DNA of 64,000 nucleotides, from contig NIVC01000082.1 in assembly GCA_002269645.1 (NCBI GenBank), positions 434,001-498,000 on the forward strand. The letters run 5' to 3'. The notes under the pieces are model-generated. The model saw nothing but the letters and a program-made list of their open reading frames with translations, was not told the origin of the DNA and ran no database searches. Shown in pieces: positions 11,201 through 22,354 of the stretch (the stretch's first letter is position 1; each line of letters opens with the position of its first letter). The DNA comes from Macrostomum lignano (taxonomy: Eukaryota). The position numbers and the translations under genes were made by a program.

Positions 11201-13948
11201 TAATCCTAATGTGCCACTTCCTAATCCCAGATGTGCCACTTTCTAACCAAGAATGCCGAGTTAAAGTGAAATATATAATATTTGTTTTTCTCATTATTTA
11301 ATAATTCCATATACTAAATTTCAAGGAAATGTTCCACCCCGACTTGATATGCAGGCTCCCTCGGTCGTATGGACAGACGACGCCCGAGCCAGCTGCCTGC
11401 ACCTGGCCGTGGGCCTGCTGCCGCTGGAGCACAGCCTGCTCCGCCAGCTGGCCTCAGCCTTCGCTCGGCTAAAAGAGCCGCAATCGAAGCGCCTGCTGCT
11501 GCGCCTGTTGGAAGGCCCGGCGGCCAGCGTTGGCCAGGCGTCGCCGGAGCTGCTCAGGCTGGTGCGCGGCGACTGTCCCGACGGTGCCGAGCCGATGCTG
11601 GTCCGCCTGGTGCAGCTGCTGGCTTCGAGCGGCCGGCCCGATCCCGGCCTGGTCGACGCCGTCAGGCAGTCGCGTAGTCGAGGCGGCGGCGACGCCCGCC
11701 TGCTGGTTGCCGTGCTGCCAGGTGAGCAGTCAGGATTATTTGCTAGTTTATTTAATTATTACGAGTGTACAATAGCAACCACATCACCTTAGCAACCATT
11801 TTAAGAATCACACACACACCTTAGCAACCATTTTATTAAGAATCACCTTAGCAACCTTTAAAATCGCCTTACCGACGAACATCTTGAGAATCGCCTTAGC
11901 AACAATTCTAAAAATCACCTTAGCAACCATCCTAAAAATCGTCCCAGCAATCTTTTTTTAGAATCGCCTTAGCAACCATCTTGAAAATCGCCCTAGCAAG
12001 CATCCTAAATTCTCCCTAGCAACCATCTTAAAATCAGCTTAGCAACCATCCTAAAAGTCACCTTAGCAACCATCTTTAAAATCGCTCTAGCGAACATCTT
12101 GAGAATCGCCGTAGCAACCGTACTATAACTTGCCCTAGCAACCATCTTGAGAATCGCCCTAGCAACCATCCTTTAAATTTCCTTAGCAACCATCCTTAAA
12201 ATAGCCCTAGCAACCGTTTTTGTGAATAGCACTAGCAACTATCAAGAATTACCGTGTAATAAACTGTACTAAAAATAGCCTTAGGGACCATCTATAACCT
12301 AACCATCCTCGGAGGTTTCAAGTTCTGTGCAAATCTTATTTTCAAAGACTAATCCAAAAGCCAATTGTATTCTTTTCTACTTACTTCTCTAGTACATGTA
12401 GCAAATTAACTTGTGTGTGCCAAAGCTCTAAGCGAGCTCAAGATTTCAGAGAACACAAAAAATCGAAGTTGAGAAACTACACTTGGCTTAGAAAAGTTTT
12501 ACTTTTTTTTAGTTCAGCTTATCAAGATTGAGCCGAAAGTTTTCGTTTATTTATTCCGTTGTGCTTTTTCATAAAGAGGTTTTTAGTCGGATGGGTCTTT
12601 TATGTGTTGCTTAAAATCAGCATTCAATATCGTATTTGACTCGTGGATTCCTTTTTAATCAGTCATATTCTAGTCATAAGGCACTCGTATTCTAGTCATG
12701 AGTAAGTCATTCTAGTCATAAGGCACTCCTATTCTAGTCATGAATAAGTCATTCTAGTCATAAGGCACTCCTATTCTAGTCATGAATAAGTCATTCTAGT
12801 CATAAGGCACTCGTATTCTAGTCATGAGTAGGTCATTCTAGTCATAAGGCACTCCTATTCTAGTCATGAATAAGTCATTCTAGTCATAAGGCACTCCTAT
12901 TCTAGTCATGAATAAGTCATTCTAGTCATAAGGCACTCCTATTCTAGTCATGAGTAGGTCATTATAGTATTATAGTCATATAGCAGTCATATTCTAGTCA
13001 TAAAGCCATCATATTCTGGTCATAAGGCGGTCATTTTATAGTCAGGGCGGTCATATTCTAGTCATAAAGCGGTCGTTTTCTAGTCCTCATTTAGCTGTCA
13101 TATTCTAGTCATATAGCAGTCATTTTCTGGTCATATAACAGTCATTCTATTCATAAAGCAGTAGCATTCCAGTCAGTAGTCATATTCTAGTCATAAAACA
13201 GTCATAAAGCGCTCATAATTAGCTAGTAAAATCCCCCTATCATGCAGGCATGACCAACGACGAGATCCTGGCCGCCCTGCCTCGGGTACTGGCCGCCCCA
13301 GACAAGCTGGCCCGCCTGGGACTTCAACGCCTCCTAGCCGATGGCCCGCTGCCGCCCGAAGATCTTCTAGTTGCCGTGCACGAGGCCGAGTTCTCGCCAC
13401 CAGTGCAGCTTCGCCAGTGCCTCCAGGCCAGTCAGCAGATCTTCGCTTCGACCTCGCCGGCGCTCACCCTGGAGTCGCTGGCCTCGGCGCTGAAACGGCT
13501 CGCCAACCCGTCCAATAGCCGGCTGCCAACTCTGCTATTCCGGAGCATGATGCAGGCGCACTCCATGTACCCCCGGCTGGCACAGCTGGTGCTGTCTCTG
13601 CTGCCCAGCCTGGCCAGCCATCCGTCCGTGCTGCGGGACTCTCCGGCTCTCTGGGAAGGCTTCGTTCGCTGTTGCGCCCGTTTAAAACCGGCCGGCTACG
13701 GAGTTCTGCTCACCTGTCTGCCAGCTGATCGGCTGGCCGATGCGTTTCGAATTTTGCCAGAGCTGCGCCAGGCGTTGTCGCGTCATGCCGCTAATTTGGC
13801 GCCGCAACAGCGCGCCACTTTGGCGCCAGCTGTCTTGGCGCTATTGGCGCCGCAGCAGCAGCTGGCTCACATTGAGGTGGCCGGATCGGCGGCGCCGTCG
13901 AGTTCGGACAAACTGGCCGCCGATCGCGAACGGCTGAAGGCCAATTAG
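2279..13948 (+). CDS. SYMPK: Symplekin, complete 6-exon CDS: 2279-3082, 5755-6321, 7185-7708, 10247-10796, 11355-11721, 13248-13948 (3513 nt, about 1170 aa)
   Basis: All five introns are GT-AG with compatible phases (SQ|VTSVRK, AQ|IGHLSRL, R|YLG, GQ|APSVVW, PG|MTNDE). The peptides match recalled symplekin motifs: LLDNFLDE, SDNEGIR, QRPQFM, LTPANVSDLVLLSMVMLP, EAPLVT, SPELL, YPRL, WEGFVRCC. An AG at 2265-2266 just upstream of the ATG allows an additional 5' exon. Confidence 0.95.
3142..4080. repeat. About 35-bp minisatellite in symplekin intron 1 (GGACTTATTACCTGCATGATGGGATCTCTAATTAG)
   Basis: 35-bp spacing is visible; the first half alternates two unit variants. Confidence 0.9.
4815..5425. 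repeat. 33-bp minisatellite with a GTCACGTGAC palindrome in symplekin intron 1
   Basis: Unit GTCACGTGACTTTATATTGCATCTGAACAGGCA, about 18 copies. Confidence 0.9.
6355..7145. repeat. About 27-bp minisatellite filling symplekin intron 2 (AATCCTAAATCCTCAGATTCGACTCAT)
   Basis: Degenerate tandem units, interrupted at 6689-6805 by a piece of the 48-bp family. Confidence 0.9.
7795..8400. repeat. 20-bp minisatellite in symplekin intron 3 (AAGCTCTCCATGGGTCATGC)
   Basis: 20-bp periodicity, decaying to about 19 bp at the 3' end. Confidence 0.9.
9125..10160. repeat. 48-bp palindrome-containing minisatellite in symplekin intron 3
   Basis: About 21 near-identical units; GACTGTCAG...CTGACAGTC is an internal inverted repeat. 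Confidence 0.95.
10845..11255. repeat. 21-bp minisatellite in symplekin intron 4 (TTCCTAATCCCAATGTGCCAC)
   Basis: Tandem 21-mers between the donor at 10797 and the acceptor at 11354. Confidence 0.9.
11785..12290. repeat. Degenerate 23-24-bp array (CCTTAGCAACCATCTTAAAAATCG) in symplekin intron 5
   Basis: Recurrent TAGCAACC core. Confidence 0.85.
12662..13195. repeat. 42-bp dimeric array (two ATTCTAGTCAT subunits) in symplekin intron 5
   Basis: Alternating 20- and 22-bp subunits. Confidence 0.9.
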
Positions 13949-14039
13949 TGTGCGCCAGTCTTCCCACGCACTGGCGATTCAAGACATTCGAGCAACGCTT
14001 GCATTTTATGGATTAACTATGTGTTCTATGCGCCTGAAT

Positions 14040-14245
14040 ACGTTGTTGCTAGGGAGTTGCTATGAATCTATCTTATACTGTTGCTAGGGAGTTGCTATGC
14101 GTCTAGCTTATACTGTTGCTAAGGAGTTGCTATGCGCCTAGCTTATAACGCTGCTAGGACGTTGCTATGCGCCTAGCTTATACTGTTGCTAGGGCGTTGC
14201 TATGCGCCTAGCTTATAGCGTTGCTAGGGCGTTGCTATGCGTCGA
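14040..14245. repeat. 35-bp array in the symplekin 3' UTR (TGTTGCTAGGGAGTTGCTATGCGTCTAGCTTATAC)
   Basis: About 6 units; the GTTGCTAGG core is the reverse complement of the intron-5 TAGCAAC core. Confidence 0.85.
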
Positions 14246-14513
14246 GACATGTTGGCTAAAGCGTTGTTATTCTCATTGACTCATACTTTTCAATGTTGGA
14301 TAGATGCAAGACCTATGAATAACTATTGTGTAATATTAAAGTAGTGGCAAACATTTGTCTATAAAACCGGTTTGGTTAGCTAATTATGTCAACGTTATAA
14401 TCACAATAAGGTAAAATATGTACATCACGTTCTTTTTGCCATATTTTGTTCTTGTTCAGCTCCTTTATACTGGTATTTAATGTAGTTTGTCTGCTTTGGC
14501 TGTTGCAAAAATT

Positions 14514-14519
14514 AATAAA
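14514..14519 (+). promoter_or_regulatory. Likely polyadenylation signal of symplekin
   Basis: AATAAA about 570 nt after the stop codon, in AT-rich sequence and just before the 28-bp array. Confidence 0.55.
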
Positions 14520-14699
14520 AATAATCTAAATATAGCGCGAACATCCCAGTCGCTTTTGCTAAAGAGTTCCAGCTGCATTAGGAACTCGCGACATTGAATA
14601 TTAAAATAGTGACAACACACAGGTATGGCAGGTGTCGGTGTTGCAGATCCCTTCTTATATTTGTGAGCTGCTCATTCCAAATCAGCCAACACTACCGCC

Positions 14700-15915
14700 A
14701 CCCTCTCAGATACTCATTTGCTGGGCCAGCCTCTCAGATACTCAGTTGCTGGGCCAGCCTCTCAGATACTCATTTGCTGGGCCAGCCTCTCAGATACTCA
14801 GTTGCTGGGCCAGCCTCTCAGATACTCAGTTGCTGGGCCAGCCTCCCAGAGTGTCAGTTGCTGGGCCAGCCTCCCAGAGTGTCAGTTGCTGGGCCAGCCT
14901 CCCAGAGTGTCAGTTGCTGGGCCAGCCTCCCAGATCCTCAGTTGCTGGGCCAGCCTCTCAGATACTCAGTTGCTGGGCCAGCCTCCCAGATCCTCGGTTG
15001 CTGGGCCGGCCTCTCAGATCCTCAGTTGCTGGGCCAGACTCCCAGATCCTCAGTTGCTGGGCCAGCCTCCCAGATCCTCAGTTGCTGGGCCAGCCTCCCA
15101 GATCCTCAGTTGCTGGACCAGCCTCTCAGATACTCAGTTGCTGGGCCAGCCTCTCAGATACTCATTTGCTGGGCCAGCCTCTCAGATACTCATTTGCTGG
15201 GCCAGCCTCTCAGATACTCAGTTGCTGGGCCAGCCTCTCAGATACTCAGTTGCTGGACCAGCCTCTCAGATCCTCAGTTGCTGGGCCAGCCTTCCAGATA
15301 CTCAGTTGCTGGGCCAGCCTCCCAGAGTGTCAGTTGCTGGGCCAGCCTCCCAGAGTGTCAGTTGCTGGGCCAGCCTCCCAGAGTGTCAGTTGCTGGGCCA
15401 GCCTCTCAGATACTCAGTTGCTGGGCCAGCCTCTCAGATACTCAGTTGCTGGGCCAGCCTCCCAGAGTGTCAGTTGCTGGGCCAGCCTCCCAGAGTGTCA
15501 GTTGCTGGGCCAGCCTCCCAGAGTGTCAGTTGCTGGGCCAGCCTCCCAGAGTGTCAGTTGCTGGGCCAGCCTCCCAGAGTGTCAGTTGCTGGGCCAGCCT
15601 CCCAGAGTGTCAGTTGCTGGGCCAGCCTCCCAGAGTGTCAGTTGCTGGGCCAGCCTCCCAGAGTGTCAGTTGCTGGGCCAGCCTCCCAGAGTGTCAGTTG
15701 CTGGGCCAGCCTCCCAGAGTGTCAGTTGCTGGGCCAGCCTCCCAGAGTGTCAGTTGCTGGGCCAGCCTCTCAGATCCGCAGTTGATAGGCCAGCCTCTCA
15801 GATCCTCAGTTGCTGGGCCAGCCTCCCAGATCCTCAGTTGCTGGGCCAGCCTCCCAGATCCGCAGTTGATAGGCCCGCCCGTCTTCCAGATACTCATTTG
15901 CTGGGCTTGCCTTTC
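14700..15915. repeat. 28-bp minisatellite, about 43 units, downstream of symplekin
   Basis: All three + frames are open (28-nt period, no stops); same unit as 1860-2105. Confidence 0.95.
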
Positions 15916-15992
15916 AGATCCCTTATTGATATTAATAATTAACAATAACGGCTTTTCTGTTGTCTAGACTATATTTGTGTGTAGAATTGGTA

Positions 15993-16163
15993 CAGTGGCG
16001 GACCCAGGGGGCCCAAACGGGCCATGCCTGCCCCCTTTGCCGTGGCCAAAATCATTTCAGCCATACCTTTTGCCTGTAACTTTGCATGTCGATTTTCTAA
16101 TATTGGGTTGTAGTTGCTTCGTATAGCTTGCCCCCTCTCAAAAATCTTCTTGGTTCACCCCTG
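15993..16163. mobile_element. Small hAT-like non-autonomous element (MITE), decayed
   Basis: Imperfect TIRs CAGTGGCGGACCCAGG ... CTTGGTTCACCCCTG; the 8-bp flanks do not match exactly. Confidence 0.45.
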
Positions 16164-17858
16164 CCTTAGTATTAGTACGAGCTATATTCATAATTGCCAA
16201 GACTATGAGTCGAGTGGGTAATTTTAGCTCGACGGACTGATTGAGGCAATTTTCTCTCACCGACGTCTATTAGGCTCTCCACTTTCGCCGCTTGAGTTTG
16301 CTCAGTTAACGTGTCATTGACAAACAGTGGGCGAAGGGAATTAGCCCGCCGTCTGTTTCTCCCGCTCCGCTCGACTTGCCTCAAAAGGCTTATTGTTTAA
16401 GTGCTATATGAGCCTCTACGAAAAACTCTGTCTTGTGTATCCAAGTTGTAGCAGATAATTCTATCAGTCTGCATAGTTCCCTTTGTTTCCACTTCTATAG
16501 CCTTGTCGTCTCTCTGCTGCAGAGATGAAGCAGGGAACTTGTAGTTTCTAACTTGTCTTTCCCCTTCTACTACTAATCCCCTCTCCCTACTTCCTGCTGG
16601 TTTGCCCAGCTGCATTTATTTGTTCATTTCTCTGTTCGCTTGTACGCGGCTTCAGTCCTGCTTGTATGGCTAAACAGTTCTATAGGATAGCGGATGCGAT
16701 GGAACCATGCTAGCTAGCCTTTTCAACCTAAAGACCAGATATACTGTAGAATCTGTAGAGAACCTTAGCGCATGACTGCGGTCTAGACGACAGGGAATAG
16801 AGAAGAGAGTAGAAATGATAGGAGAAAGGAGATGGGCGGGAGGAGAGATTAGAGAGAAGAGACACAAACCTTAAGCAGGCCGGGTTGCTAATGCTATTGT
16901 TATTTGACTCCCTTTAGTTCGTATTATAAATCGTCAAAAGAGGTTTTCAAAGAGGCACCGGACCTTTGGTGTGAAGTGAATCGCCCAAAAAAAAGCACAA
17001 GTTGTATAGTCGGTAATCCGATTGCACTACTGTGTAGAGCCATGCACTTGTTAAAAGTACAGTGTTTACATCATGCTATAGCCTTACTCGTAATTAAATG
17101 CGAATATTTCGCGCGTAATATGCAGATTCAGCGCTAACTCAGACTGTTTTGTGGCACTTGTGGCAGACGGGGGCTGGGCGGGATTACAGAGAGCTGTCTC
17201 ATTTTGATGGAGAAATATCGATGCGCGCTTTGCCTTGTCTCCTCGATAAATTCGATTCGAATGCTGCAAGAAATTTCCTCTAAGCTAGCAACATGCAGCG
17301 CAGAGACGGCGGTGCTCTGGTAGTGCAGATCTACGCTATTCGAAGATCCAAGCTGATTCCGAGTTTTATCTAGCCCCTATGATCGATCTCGCTAACAATC
17401 AGTCTCTCAATGCACAATGAAGCTGAACTGCATACTTATAACTACGTTATAAGTTCGGCTTCGCAGCTGTGTTTTATGATGACAACATCTATGTTTGCTC
17501 CTCATCAAAATACATGTATACTCATCAACATTAAGAAGTCGCCACCTTTGAGAGTGCGCAGTAAATTTGAAGACTCCTATTGAAAAAATTATCTAACCTG
17601 TGCTTATGCTGTTTTACTGCATTAACTGCATTATTTCAAACAGAGTTTCAATCAGCTTTCTGTGAATGATCATTTTCTGATTTAAATGGCAAAAATTATT
17701 TTACGACTGCTTTTTTAAAATATTTTCCCTCCCCACGGTCCCGATCCAATTCACCGGGGAGCATTTCTCGACAAGCTCCCCAGTGTCGTGTAGTCATAAA
17801 TTTAGTTGGATGTTTTCTGTAAGTGAAAAATTAATTTGTAAAGAAGAATTGGGTACAT

Positions 17859-18620
17859 GAAGAAGAAGGAGGAGGAGAAGGAGAAGAAGAAGGAGGAGAG
17901 GAGGAGGAGGAGAAGGAGAAGAAGGAAAAGGAGAAGGAGGAGAAGAAGAAGGAGGAGGAGGAGAAGAAGGAGGAGGAGGAGGAGGAGAAGAAGAAGGAGA
18001 AGGAGGAGAAGAAGAAGGAGGAGGAGAAGGAGGAGAAGAAGAAGGAGAAGGAGGAGAAGAAGAAGGAGGAGGAGAAGGAGGAGAAGAAGAAGGAGAAGGA
18101 GGAGAAGGAGAAGGAGGAGAAGAAGAAGGAGAAGGAGGAGAAGAAGAAGGAGGAGGAGAAGGAGGAGAAGAAGAAGGAGGAGGAGAAGGAGGAGAAGAAG
18201 AAGGAGAAGGAGGAGAAGAAGAAGGAGAAGGAGGAGAAGAAGAAGGAGAAGGAGGAGAAGAAGAAGGAGAAGGAGGAGAAGAAGAAGGAGAAGGAGGAGA
18301 AGAAGAAGAAGAAGAAGGAGGAGGAGGAGAAGAAGAAGGAGAAGGAGAAGAAGAAGGAGGAGGAGAAGGAGGAGAAGAAGAAGGAGGAGGAGGAAGAGGA
18401 GAAGAAGGAGGAGAAGAAGGAGGAGGAGGAGAAGGAGAAGGAGGAGGAGAAGAAAAGAAGGAGGAGAAGAAGGAGAAGAAGAAGGAGGAGGAGGAGAAGG
18501 AGAAGGAGGAGGAGAAGAAAAGAAGGAGGAGAAGAAGGAGGAGAAGGAGAAGGAGGAGGAGAAGAAAAAGAAGGAGGAGAAGAAGGAGGAGGAGAAGAAG
18601 GAGAAGGAGGAGAAGAAGAG
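17859..18620. repeat. About 760-nt pure purine tract of GAG/AAG triplets
   Basis: I see no C or T on the + strand across the tract; there are higher-order units of about 21 bp. Confidence 0.95.
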
Positions 18621-20374
18621 TATGAAGAAGAAGAAGTGGGAGTGGGTAAGTAACTTTTCAAAGTTTAAAAAGTTTTCAACAAACAGTCTAACAAAGAGTC
18701 TATAGGAGCTAGTTGCTCGCTATCTCTAAGCCTCTACATGTATTTTTGGACATTCACAAAAAACGAACTTCGGTCTTCAACGTTAGAGTGAAGCTCATTG
18801 TGAAATTCAATCTTTTGTATTTGTTGGAAACTCAAAGCCCTTTGTACTCGTATATGAGTTATAAATATTTCTGCATTGTCCTTATAAGAGAATTGTTTGG
18901 CGGAATGAAATCAAAGCAAAGCAGAAGCTATATTGAATATATTTTCGTTTTAATGCTAGCTTGCTCTTGGCTTTGTTGCTTTGAGGTACACAGAGCATGT
19001 ACTCGTACGGGTTCTACTTCTAGCTTCTAGCTTTTTAGTCCTCATTGTTTTACCCATTATTAGGTCCATCTGCTAAATCCATTTCCCTTAACCTAATTAG
19101 CTAAATATTCTGCAGCGTTAGAATATACGTAGACAGACAAGCTGTCAATTTTGACAGCTTATAGTTTAGCCTAATTGCAGAACTAAAGCTTATTACGAGT
19201 CTGTATTGCATGGCACAATTAGATCTTGCAACCGACATATTTGACAGGGAGAAATGCAAGCTCTTAGGTCTTGAATGTTCTACTGTTAAAAAAATATTTT
19301 AATCAGTTGGGCAGCCGAACAACAACGTCATAGGTAGGTAAAGATGGAGGGAAGGGCAGATTTGTGAAACAGCTGCAGTGGTAAAGAAATTGCGAACAAC
19401 TCATTGAAGCTCTCTTTCACTTTCACCTGAAGTGTACCGTAGTCGGAACTGGATCACTATTTCTTTCCTCTGTCCCTTCTCCTTTAAGCTCTCTTTTTCT
19501 TTGGCGTGTTCAATAATTCTCCCCAGCAATTACTATAATGTCTCTTCTAGTGCAAACTTTGAATTTAACGAACACTATTCTCAGAACCGCACTCGTATTT
19601 ATGATTGCAATTAGCGCTGAGCAGTCGTGGTTAAACACAAACTGCGGAAACTCTAGTATGCTTGTGCCTGAGTTCAGTCAGCTATTGATTTCTAATATTT
19701 TGATCGGCATAAAGCTACGCAGCTATGTTTAAAATATATATTTAAGCCCATTAGTTTAGGTTACTTTTAAAGGAAGTGAAGGATTTTTGCTGTCATTAAG
19801 ACGGCTTTGTAGTCGATAAAAATCTGGAGGTACATGTGTACTCCGGCCCGCGAAGCCTCTTTATCCGGCCCTCGGGTTCTTTGAAACTTCACAATAGCAA
19901 TCCGGACCGCTCAAGGTTTGTGTCTCTTCTCTCCCTTTTCTTCTCTTTAATGAAACGCATCATTTTGCAGAATTGTCACCTGGAATCTGTCCGACAAGTG
20001 CTTTATGAAATTTATGAAATGGGCCCTTGTTAAGCGCACATTGATAGCCACGCTCAGGAAATCAGGATGAATGCTCATTTTGCTCAGCATGCTCAAGCAT
20101 ACTGGTGTCTTCTTATGTCATGCGAACCACTGTAGCCCTACCAGATTAAGAACAGAAAATGATAAATATCAAAGAGAATGCTTTATAAGTCTTCATAGCT
20201 CGTAATGCCTCGAAGACCTGACAGGTAGGTCAGACCCAATTGTAGTTAGTTGACTAAAAAATATATAAAAAATCATTCGAAGCTTCGTTTACCGATGGCA
20301 TCAAAAGTCGTTACTAGGACCCGTATACTTTCTTACTGAAATATTGCTGTAGTCTCTTTTTCTCAACTTTGATT

Positions 20375-20700
20375 GCCAGACAGTCAAATGTCACTGCAGG
20401 CAACCAAATGTCACTGCAGGCAACCAAATGTCACTGCAGGTAACCAAATGTCACTGCAGGCAACCAAATGTCACTGCAGGCAACCAAATGTCACTGCAGG
20501 CAACCAAATGTCACTGCAGGCAACCAAATGTCACTGCAGGCAGTCAAATGTCACTGCAGGCAGTCAAATGTCACTGCAGGCAGCCAAATGTCAGCAGGCA
20601 GTCAAATGTTACTGCAGGCAACCCAATGTCACTAAACAGGCAACCAAATATCACTGCAGGCAACCAAATGTCACTGCAGACAGTCAAATCTCACTGGCAA
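20375..20700. repeat. 20-bp minisatellite (AACCAAATGTCACTGCAGGC)
   Basis: About 16 units. Confidence 0.9.
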
Positions 20701-21374
20701 AAGTCGAAGGGCAACTTGCGCTTGTCAAAGACAGTTAAGTATCGAAAAAGTTCACGTGCATGTAAATATCTCGTATATAGAAATCAGTTCCTAGGTGGTT
20801 AATATTTATTTAAGCACGAATTTTACACGAAAGCGTTATATTTTTAGAAAATTCGATAGACCTTCAAATTGTTTTTCTTGCACATATTAGTGGTGACTGC
20901 GCGTAAGCGTTTAAACAAAATCGTTATAACAAAAAGCATTCTCTTCAATTATTACTACATTATACTAATCATAATAGTTTACGGTTCAGTTATTATAGTA
21001 TTAATTACAGTATTAATTTATTACAATATTTTGTCTTTTTTAACTATATGAGAATATATAGTTAAATAGTTAAATAAATTGTTTAAGCTATAGATACAAT
21101 TAAAACATAGCAACTACTAGTGGCCGCTAAAGTCATTAGCTTGAATATGCGGATATTCTACAGAGAGAATCGATGCATATAATAAAGGGTCCATACATGG
21201 GAACGGGTGTCACAGTTGGTTCGAATTCTCTAGATTACATGTAGCAAGAGTGATTACACCAGCGCTGTTTTGTTAGATAGTCCGATAGCAGATTATATAG
21301 TGGGGTGTCAGAGTAGATAATCGAGTATCAGATTTACGAGCGTAGAGAATCGGTCGTCAGAATGGATAGCGGAT

Positions 21375-22175
21375 GTCAGATTAGAGAATCGGGTGTCAGA
21401 TGACATACCGGATGTCAGGTCAGAGAATCGTGTGTCAGATGAGATAGCAGATGTCAGATCAGAGAATCGTGTGTCAGATGAGATAGCAGATGTCAGGTCA
21501 GAGAATCGTGTGTCAGATGAGATAGCAGATGTCAGATCAGAGAATCGGGTGTCAGATGAGATAGCGGATGTCAGATCAGAGCATCGGGTGTCAGATGAGA
21601 TAGCAGATGTCAGATCAGAGAATCGGGTGTCAGATGAGATAGCAGATGTCAGATCAGAGAATCGGGTGTCAGATGAGATAGCGGATGTCAGATCAGAGCA
21701 TCAGGTGTCAGATGAGATAGCAGATGTCAGATCAGAGAATCGGGTGTCAGATGAGATAGCAGATGTCAGATCAGAGAATCGGGTGTCAGATGAGATAGCA
21801 GATGTCAGGTCAGAGAATCGTGTGTCAGATGAGATAGCAGATGTCAGATCAGAGAATCGGGTGTCAGATGAGATAGCAGATGTCAGATCAGAGAATCGGG
21901 TGTCAGATGACATACCGGATGTCAGGTCAGAGAATCGTGTGTCAGATGAGATAGCAGATGTCAGATCAGAGAATCGGGTGTCAGATGACATACCGGATGT
22001 CAGGTCAGAGAATCGTGTGTCAGATGAGATAGCAGATGTCAGATCAGAGAATCGGGTGTCAGATGACATACCGGATGTCAGGTCAGAGAATCGTGTGTCA
22101 GATGAGATAGCAGATGTCAGATCAGAGAATCGGGTGTCAGATGAGATACCGGATGTCAGATCAGAGAATGGGTTG
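21375..22175. repeat. 39-bp minisatellite (GTGTCAGATGAGATAGCAGATGTCAGATCAGAGAATCGG)
   Basis: About 20 units; the source of the RVSDEIADVRSEN repeat ORF. Confidence 0.95.
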
Positions 22176-22354
22176 TCATATTAGATAGAGGATGTCACAG
22201 ATAGACATTGCCGAGTATGTCTGAAAAAGCAGTGCAAAAGAGCTTATTGCCAACATTTTGAATCCTCCAACAAAAAGTATTCAAGTCAGTTATTGTCATT
22301 TGCCTTCATTGCGCCTATAGAGTCTGCATGCTTCTCAAGCGCCATTTTAATCTC

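Noticed and set aside
14594-15967. Three overlapping 355-457-aa ORFs
   Set aside because: They are an artefact of the stop-free 28-bp unit; there is no codon structure or splice support.
17831-18705. Poly-Arg and poly-Ser/Phe ORFs
   Set aside because: Simple purine repeat; reading frames are open by composition.
19200-19700. Possible degraded RT motifs (AQLDLATDIFDR, PLS.LL)
   Set aside because: Too fragmentary and stop-ridden to call.
21393-22184. 263-aa RVSDEIADVRSEN repeat protein
   Set aside because: It is a 39-bp minisatellite with a GTG start and no unique domain or splice partner; coding is not excluded but is unsupported.
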